A stretch of 12,354 nt of DNA from Candidatus Micrarchaeota archaeon (lineage in GTDB: Archaea; B1Sed10-29). The position numbers and the translations under genes were made by a program. The notes beneath the pieces are model-generated. The model had not been told where the DNA came from. It saw only the letters and a list, made by a program, of their open reading frames with translations, and ran no database searches. Below, piece by piece: positions 6,870 through 12,354 of the stretch (the first letter of the stretch is position 1; each line of letters begins with the position of its first letter). The stretch lies in NCBI GenBank assembly GCA_964388265.1, contig CAYLXZ010000021.1, positions 1-12,354 on the forward strand, written 5' to 3'.

Positions 6870-8021
6870 ATGAATATAGCGATGGTGAACGCCTTCTTCC
6901 ACCCCTACCAAGGTGGAACAGAGAAATGCGTGCTCGAACTATCAAAAAGACTAGCAGAAAACCACGAAGTACATGTAATAACCAGTAAACTAGAAAACAC
7001 AGATAAAGAGGACACTTATAAAGGAATAAATATACATAGAATACCCAGCAAAGTCCTAGAAGATCTTCCCGACCCATTCCCACCACCATACCCAATCACA
7101 CCAGGCCTAGCTCTTCAGATGAAGAAGAAGATCAATGAAATAGATCCAGATATAATACACACCCACAACAGATTCTTCCCAGCCTGGAACTCACCACAGC
7201 TATTCAAATTCCTATTCCAAAGACCTGTATTCATGACACTTCACAACGCCAGAACAGAAGGAATAGACAAAAAAACAGATTCTCTAGGACAACTCTACGA
7301 CGAAACACTAGGTAAGATAATAATGAAGAAAGCAGATAAACTCATCGCCAACTCAAAAGACACACTCGACAAAACCGCGCCATCCGACATACCAGAACAC
7401 AAGAAAGAAGTAATATACAACGGAATAGACACCAGCAAATACAGCCCAAGCCATGAGAAAGACGTGAAGAAAGAACTAGGAGTAGATAAATACACATTAA
7501 CCGTATCAAGGCTAGTTAGACAGAAAGGACTACGGTACATGGTGAAAGCACTACAAGACATAGACCAAGAGAACTACAAACACGTAGTCATAGGACAAGG
7601 ACCAGAGAAACAGAACCTCAAAGAACAAGCAAAGAAACTAGGAGTAGAAGATAAACTACACTTCACCGGATTCGTACCAGAAGAAGACATGACCGATTAC
7701 TACACCCAGGCAGAAGCTTTCATGCTACCAAGTCTATACGAACCATTCGGAATAGTGCTAGTGGAAGCCATGTCATGCAAAACACCCGTGATAGCAACAG
7801 TAGCAGGAGGAATACCCGAAGTACTCGGAGAAACAGGCATAAACATACCAAGACGAAACCCAGATGAAATAGCCAAGAACGTGAATAAACTTCTAAACAA
7901 CCCAGAAAAAGCCGAGAAAATGGGGAAAGAAGGAATGAAAAGAGCAAAACAGAAATTCGAATGGGACAAAATAACTGAAGAAACCGAAGAAACCTATAAA
8001 CAGTTCCTGGAATCCAGGTGA
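6870..8021 (+). CDS. Glycosyltransferase family 4 (GT-B fold)
   Basis: N-terminal F.PYQGGTE; DIIHTH; VIYNGID; SRLVRQKG; PSLYEPFGIVLVEAM (EX7E motif); GGIPE. Confidence 0.94.
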   Translation: MNIAMVNAFFHPYQGGTEKCVLELSKRLAENHEVHVITSKLENTDKEDTYKGINIHRIPSKVLEDLPDPFPPPYPITPGLALQMKKKINEIDPDIIHTHNRFFPAWNSPQLFKFLFQRPVFMTLHNARTEGIDKKTDSLGQLYDETLGKIIMKKADKLIANSKDTLDKTAPSDIPEHKKEVIYNGIDTSKYSPSHEKDVKKELGVDKYTLTVSRLVRQKGLRYMVKALQDIDQENYKHVVIGQGPEKQNLKEQAKKLGVEDKLHFTGFVPEEDMTDYYTQAEAFMLPSLYEPFGIVLVEAMSCKTPVIATVAGGIPEVLGETGINIPRRNPDEIAKNVNKLLNNPEKAEKMGKEGMKRAKQKFEWDKITEETEETYKQFLESR

Positions 8022-8028
8022 ACTTGAA

Positions 8029-8736
8029 ATGAAGATGAGTTTTATAGTACCAGCATTAAACGAAGAAGAACACATAGGAAGATGCCTGGAAACAGTGAAA
8101 GAACAAGAACACCACCACGAAACCATTGTGGTAGATGGAGGAAGCGAAGACAGGACCCGAGAGATAGCTAAAGAAAAAGGAGCAAAGATAGCGTCCGATC
8201 CAGGTAAAAACGCTTCAGTAGCCAGAAACATAGGCGCAGAAGAAGCAGAGTCACCAATATACTGCTTCATAGACTCCGACACAACCCTACCTAGCTACTG
8301 GTCAGAGCAAGTGAACAAACACTTCCAGGAACAAGAAGTAGTGGCTGTAGGAGGTCCACTAAAACCTAGGAACCCTACACTGAAAGATAAGATAATGTAC
8401 TACCTCACGACAGAGATCTCCCCTACTATAACAGCTAAGTTCAACTTCCATCAATTCCAAGGACCGAATATGTCTTTCAGAGCCACAGCCTTCCAGGAAA
8501 TAGGTGGATTCGATGAAAAGCTAGGGATAATGGAAGATAACGAGATAGCTAACAGGATAAGAAGTCGGGGGAAGGTGGTTTGGGACCGTGACCTCTATGC
8601 CTATGAGTCACCAAGAAGATTCCATAAGAAGAGCTACACTTCAGAGACAGCTGGATACCTAAAGGCCTACGTGAAGATATATCTCTCTTCATCTGAAGAA
8701 GAACTGGGTTATGAGAAGGCTTCCGACATGGATTGA
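8029..8736 (+). CDS. Glycosyltransferase family 2 (GT-A fold)
   Basis: SFIVPALNEE, VVDGGSED, ARNIGA, FIDSD (DXD), GGFDE...ED. RBS AGGTGA overlaps the upstream stop. Confidence 0.93.
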   Translation: MKMSFIVPALNEEEHIGRCLETVKEQEHHHETIVVDGGSEDRTREIAKEKGAKIASDPGKNASVARNIGAEEAESPIYCFIDSDTTLPSYWSEQVNKHFQEQEVVAVGGPLKPRNPTLKDKIMYYLTTEISPTITAKFNFHQFQGPNMSFRATAFQEIGGFDEKLGIMEDNEIANRIRSRGKVVWDRDLYAYESPRRFHKKSYTSETAGYLKAYVKIYLSSSEEELGYEKASDMD

Positions 8737-8741
8737 ATTCA

Positions 8742-9824
8742 CTAGATTAATTCTCTGTATAGTTCTTCTAATTTATCCGTAGTCTTCTCAATTGAATATT
8801 CTTCAGAGGTCTTCCTAGCTGCCTTGGAGGTTTCATCGGTTTTTTCCATTTTTCTCGCTTTCTTGGCTAGTTCTTCTGTGTCTCCTGATGTGAATAGGTC
8901 TCCGTTTTCTCCTTTTTCTACCACTTCTGGTAGGGCGTATGCGTCTGCGGCTAGTACTGGTGTTCCACAGGCCATTGCCTCGGTTAGTACTAGTCCTTGT
9001 GTTTCTGTGTCGGATGCTGTGATGAATAGGTCTGCGGCTGAGTAGTACTCGGGGAGTTTTTCCTTATCCACGAATCCCTCGAAATTTATCTGGTCTGTCA
9101 CGCTTGTTTTTCTTGCCTTTTTCTTGAGTTTTTCTTCCTCTGGTCCTTTCCCAACTATTAATAGCTTGTCCTCTGAATCTAGGAATTCTTCTGATGCTTC
9201 TATTACTTGATCTATCTTCTTCTCTTGTCCTAGTCTACCTAGGTAGAGGTAGGTTTTTTCTCCTTTGGGTATGTCTTTCCCTGGTTCTGTGGGTTGGAAG
9301 AACTCTGTGTTTATCCCTGTTGGAATCACATTTTTATCTACATCTATTTCTGGTAGGTTTCCTTGAACTGCTTTGCTGGGTGTGATTATCTTGTCGTAGT
9401 ACCTGTAGTGCATTTTGTAGTATTTTTCAGTGGTTTTTATCAGGGCTCTGCGGGCTCTGCTGGATAGGTAATCCACGTATTCACGTATTAAGGTGTGGAA
9501 AGTGGTTACTTTAGGTATGTCTTGTTTCTTAGCGGCTGTTAATCCGTACCAACCGAAGTTGAATGGACTGTGTGTATGCACTATATCTAGTTCAGTGGTT
9601 TTGAAGGGTAGTGGTACTCCGAAGTCGAATTCCTGGTAGAATGGAAAGGTCATTGAGGGCATTTCATGCACGTGCATGCCTTTGTGTTTCTCTCCGTTTG
9701 AGCTTGGGGAGTAGACGTGTACTTCGTGTCCTCTGTCTGTTAGTTCTTCTCCGAATCTCTCTAGACTTGTGACTACTCCGTTTCTCTGTGGTGCGAATGT
9801 ATCTGTGAACCAACCTATCTTCAT
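8742..9824 (-). CDS. Glycosyltransferase family 4, resembling the diacylglycerol-glucosyltransferase-like subgroup
   Basis: MKIGWFTDTFAPQRNGVVTS, HTHSPF, TFHT..EY..Y, IPTGI, GRLGQEK, ASDTETQGLVLTEAM. Start corrected from 9839 to 9824 because of the ATGA overlap with the hef stop and an upstream GGAGG. Confidence 0.92.
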   Translation of the reverse strand: MKIGWFTDTFAPQRNGVVTSLERFGEELTDRGHEVHVYSPSSNGEKHKGMHVHEMPSMTFPFYQEFDFGVPLPFKTTELDIVHTHSPFNFGWYGLTAAKKQDIPKVTTFHTLIREYVDYLSSRARRALIKTTEKYYKMHYRYYDKIITPSKAVQGNLPEIDVDKNVIPTGINTEFFQPTEPGKDIPKGEKTYLYLGRLGQEKKIDQVIEASEEFLDSEDKLLIVGKGPEEEKLKKKARKTSVTDQINFEGFVDKEKLPEYYSAADLFITASDTETQGLVLTEAMACGTPVLAADAYALPEVVEKGENGDLFTSGDTEELAKKARKMEKTDETSKAARKTSEEYSIEKTTDKLEELYRELI

Positions 9825-12067
9825 TCTTCTTCCTCCCATTCCTTGGTTAATAGTTTCTTTATTTCTTTTGCTTTCTTTTCTCCTATTCCTTCTGTTCTTT
9901 TTAGTTCTTGTTCACTTGCTGTGAAGAGTTCCTCGATTGTTCCGAATTCTTGTAGTAGTTCTTTCGCTAGTTGTGGTCCGATTCCTGGTAGGGACTGTGT
10001 GACGTATAGCTGTTGCTCTGGAAGCAGAACTGGTTTCTTTTCTCCTTTTAGTCTCACTTCTTTCTTTTCTTTTATCTGTTCTCTCTTGGCTATCTGGTTT
10101 ATCAGTGCCGCGGTGTCTTCTGCGTGGTCCGTGTGAAGTATGGGTATCTGGAAGTCTATTGCGATTGAGGATATGGCTCCTCTAACTGCGTTTGGATGTA
10201 TGTTTCTTTCTCTTTCTTTTTCTCCTTCTATGATTATGATTGGTTTCTTGAAGTTCTCTTTCAGTTCTCTTGCTTGTTCGAATAACCTGTTATCTATTAT
10301 TGAAGATATGAAATCTTTATGGGTTTTTCTCTCTATCACTGTTTCTTCGCTTGCGAGGAAGTCACCTACTTTGAGTTGCTTCGTGGTTATATCAACGTTC
10401 TTATCTCTCAGTGACTTTACTACTCCTGAACCTATCTCTCTGTTATCCACGTATATCTTGGGTCTTTCTTTCTCCTCGCTGTATTTCCCCAGTGTTTTCT
10501 GTGCTTCTTTTCTATCTGGATCGTGTTTTGACAGAGGTTCTTTTCCTTCTTCTCTCCATTTCTTGAGCATCTTCTTCATCTTCTTCTCTTTGTTTTTGCT
10601 TATCCAGTAGTATGCTTCATCTCTTGTATCTTCTGTCATGAATACGAGTACTTCTCCTTTTTTTCTTCGTCCTGCTCTTCCTTTTCTTTGTATGTGTCTT
10701 ATTTCGCTGGGTATTGGCTCGTAGAATATCACTGTATCTACGCTTGGTATGTCTAGTCCTTCTTCAGCTATCTGCGTGGCCACCAGCACTTGTTCATCGT
10801 CTTCTTCGAATTTCTCCAGTATCTGTTTCTGTTGTTTCTGTGTCATTCCTTTTTCTTTCCCTTTTTTTGTCTGTCCTATGAACTTCCTTGCCTTTATATC
10901 TTCTTCCTGCAGTCTCTTCACGAGTTCCTGGACTGTGTCTCGGTATTGGCTGAATAGCAGTACCTTTTTACCCATTTGAACCTTTTCCTTGACTTTCCTT
11001 ACAGTTCTAGGTAGCTTTGGGTGTTCTTTGTCTTTTTCTTTCATCTCTCTGAGCAGTACTATTGCTCTCTGTATCTTTGGGTCCTTGACTATTCGTTTAC
11101 CTGCTTTTGTCTTGTCTTTTTTTCTTTTGAGTTTCTCCATGTAGTTCAAAGTGGGTGATACTCCTTGTGTTTCCAGTAGCTCTAGGGCGTGATGGATCTT
11201 CATTAATCCGGCTACGTGGCTTATTGCTTGGTAGGTTTCTCTGTCTTTATCTTCTGTATTAACTAATTCTTTCCTAAGCTGAAGCAAGTCCTTCTTCTTT
11301 GTCTTATTCACGTTGTAGCTTTCTATGTGTCCTGTTTCTTTTAGCTCACTGTATAGCTTGCTCATGTATTCCTGTAGCGTTTTCTTCACTTTCTCGAGTT
11401 CTTCTGGGAACTGTACCTTTATCCAGTTGAATTCCTTTTTGTGTACGTAGGGCTGGACGTCTGGATCGTCCTCTGTCTTTATTTCGATGTTGTCTATGCC
11501 TAGGTTTCGGCATACTCTTTCTATCTTGTCTTTGCTTGATCCAGGTGACGCTGTGAGACCTAGTACGAGTGGATCTTGGTTGTTTTTGTGGTATTCGTCG
11601 GATATCAGGACGTAGGCGTAGTCTTTGACTGCTCTGTGTGCTTCGTCGAATATTACTAGTGTGAATTCCTCTAGTGGTATCTTCCCGTTGAGCAGGTCGT
11701 TTCTAACTGTCTGTGGTGTCGCGGTTATGACTTGTTTGTCTTCCCATTCTCTGTATCTTTCCTCTGGCTTGATTTTACCTGTCAACGTGATGAATTTACC
11801 TTTGTTTATGTCCATGACGTCTTTAAGGGTTTTTTTGTGTTGTTCTGCGAGTGGTTTGGTGGGTGCTAGGAACAGTATTTTCTTTTCTGGGTTTTTTTCT
11901 AGTTCTCTAGCTATGGCTAGGGCTGCTACGATGGTTTTCCCTAGTGCTGTTGGTGCAACGATTAGGGAACTTCCATTTTTTTGCACGGATTCGCAGAGGT
12001 TTCTCTGGTACTCTCGGTCCTCGATTTTTCCTTTTTCGATGAATTCCCTGTTGATGTATTTCTGCAC
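9821..12067 (-). CDS. hef: Hef: SF2 DEAH helicase fused to an ERCC4/XPF nuclease with C-terminal HhH motifs (FANCM-like)
   Basis: Helicase motifs APTALGKT, LAPTKPL, DEAH, GLTAS, EEGLDIP and QRKGRAGR; nuclease motifs VDNRE, GDF and IERKT..D; HhH motifs LPGIG and EGIG. Confidence 0.96.
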   Translation of the reverse strand: MQKYINREFIEKGKIEDREYQRNLCESVQKNGSSLIVAPTALGKTIVAALAIARELEKNPEKKILFLAPTKPLAEQHKKTLKDVMDINKGKFITLTGKIKPEERYREWEDKQVITATPQTVRNDLLNGKIPLEEFTLVIFDEAHRAVKDYAYVLISDEYHKNNQDPLVLGLTASPGSSKDKIERVCRNLGIDNIEIKTEDDPDVQPYVHKKEFNWIKVQFPEELEKVKKTLQEYMSKLYSELKETGHIESYNVNKTKKKDLLQLRKELVNTEDKDRETYQAISHVAGLMKIHHALELLETQGVSPTLNYMEKLKRKKDKTKAGKRIVKDPKIQRAIVLLREMKEKDKEHPKLPRTVRKVKEKVQMGKKVLLFSQYRDTVQELVKRLQEEDIKARKFIGQTKKGKEKGMTQKQQKQILEKFEEDDEQVLVATQIAEEGLDIPSVDTVIFYEPIPSEIRHIQRKGRAGRRKKGEVLVFMTEDTRDEAYYWISKNKEKKMKKMLKKWREEGKEPLSKHDPDRKEAQKTLGKYSEEKERPKIYVDNREIGSGVVKSLRDKNVDITTKQLKVGDFLASEETVIERKTHKDFISSIIDNRLFEQARELKENFKKPIIIIEGEKERERNIHPNAVRGAISSIAIDFQIPILHTDHAEDTAALINQIAKREQIKEKKEVRLKGEKKPVLLPEQQLYVTQSLPGIGPQLAKELLQEFGTIEELFTASEQELKRTEGIGEKKAKEIKKLLTKEWEEEE

Positions 12068-12095
12068 GTGCTCTACCCCTCTTAGATGGTGTTTT

Positions 12096-12115
12096 AACCG
12101 TTAAGTATTTATAGG
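12096..12115. promoter_or_regulatory. TATA element in the short divergent hef/histone intergenic region
   Basis: aaccgttaag-TATTTATA-gg on the plus strand lies about 25 nt upstream of the histone RBS GGGGTGA (12138-12144); it reads TATAAATA on the minus strand. Confidence 0.55.
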
Positions 12116-12151
12116 AGTTTAACTCTATTAAGTTTAAGGGGTGAATTAATA

Positions 12152-12354
12152 ATGGCTGAATTACCACTTGCACCTGTAGATAGAATAATTAGAAAAGCAG
12201 GAGCAGAAAGAGTATCTGAAGATGCAACAGAGCAACTAGCAGATATTCTAGAAGATGTTGGAACAGAAGTATCCACACAAGCAATGAGAATGGCAAGACA
12301 CGCAGGCAGAAAAACAGTAACATCAGGCGACATCAAACTAGCATCAAGACAACT
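12152..12354 (+). CDS. Archaeal histone (HMfA/HMfB family), truncated at the window end
   Basis: Manual translation gives MAELPLAPVDRIIRKAGAERVSEDATEQLADILEDVGTEVSTQAMRMARHAGRKTVTSGDIKLASRQ..., with the classic LP.AP..RI, GAERVS, HAGRKT and DI motifs and a strong RBS. Missing from the ORF track because no stop codon is in the window. Confidence 0.97.
   Translation, partial: MAELPLAPVDRIIRKAGAERVSEDATEQLADILEDVGTEVSTQAMRMARHAGRKTVTSGDIKLASRQ

Noticed and set aside
6163..9385. Small overlapping ORFs inside the flippase and glycosyltransferase genes
   Set aside because: They lie essentially within confident CDSs and have shadow-like composition.
9843..12336. ORFs antisense to or overlapping hef, and 12109-12336 (-)
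   Set aside because: Shadows of hef and of the plus-strand histone gene, which has clear family motifs and an RBS.
1..12354. CRISPR array, tRNA/rRNA genes, transposase, integrase or defence system
   Set aside because: No regularly spaced direct repeats, cloverleaf-like GC-rich segments or corresponding protein motifs were seen. Hef is a housekeeping repair enzyme, not a defence helicase-nuclease.

Overview
Archaeal genomic window. The assignment rests on an HMf-type histone, a Hef helicase-nuclease, GGGGTGA/GAGGTGA ribosome-binding sites and TATA/BRE promoters; the lineage cannot be fixed from the sequence alone. Gene order: possible 3' end of an unknown gene; a minus-strand pair (83-aa basic coiled-coil protein, Hsp20); a secreted GLUG-repeat/Ig-like surface glycoprotein with a PEF-CTERM-like anchor; a minus-strand operon htpX - flavodoxin - COG2403 P-loop enzyme, probably arginine synthetase ArcE rather than true cDPG synthetase; a cluster of an LPG-synthase-TM flippase-like protein, GT4 and GT2, facing a convergent GT4 that is translationally coupled to hef; and a histone gene cut by the window end and absent from the ORF track. 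No rRNA, tRNA, CRISPR array or transposase is seen. The best leads are a candidate archaeal glycolipid synthesis/flipping module, an ArcE-like gene outside an arginine-catabolism cluster, a PEF-CTERM variant with an acidic tail, an odd leader upstream of the hsp20 operon, and a strong A/C-versus-G/T strand skew whose switch points lag behind gene boundaries. I see no unambiguous novel system.
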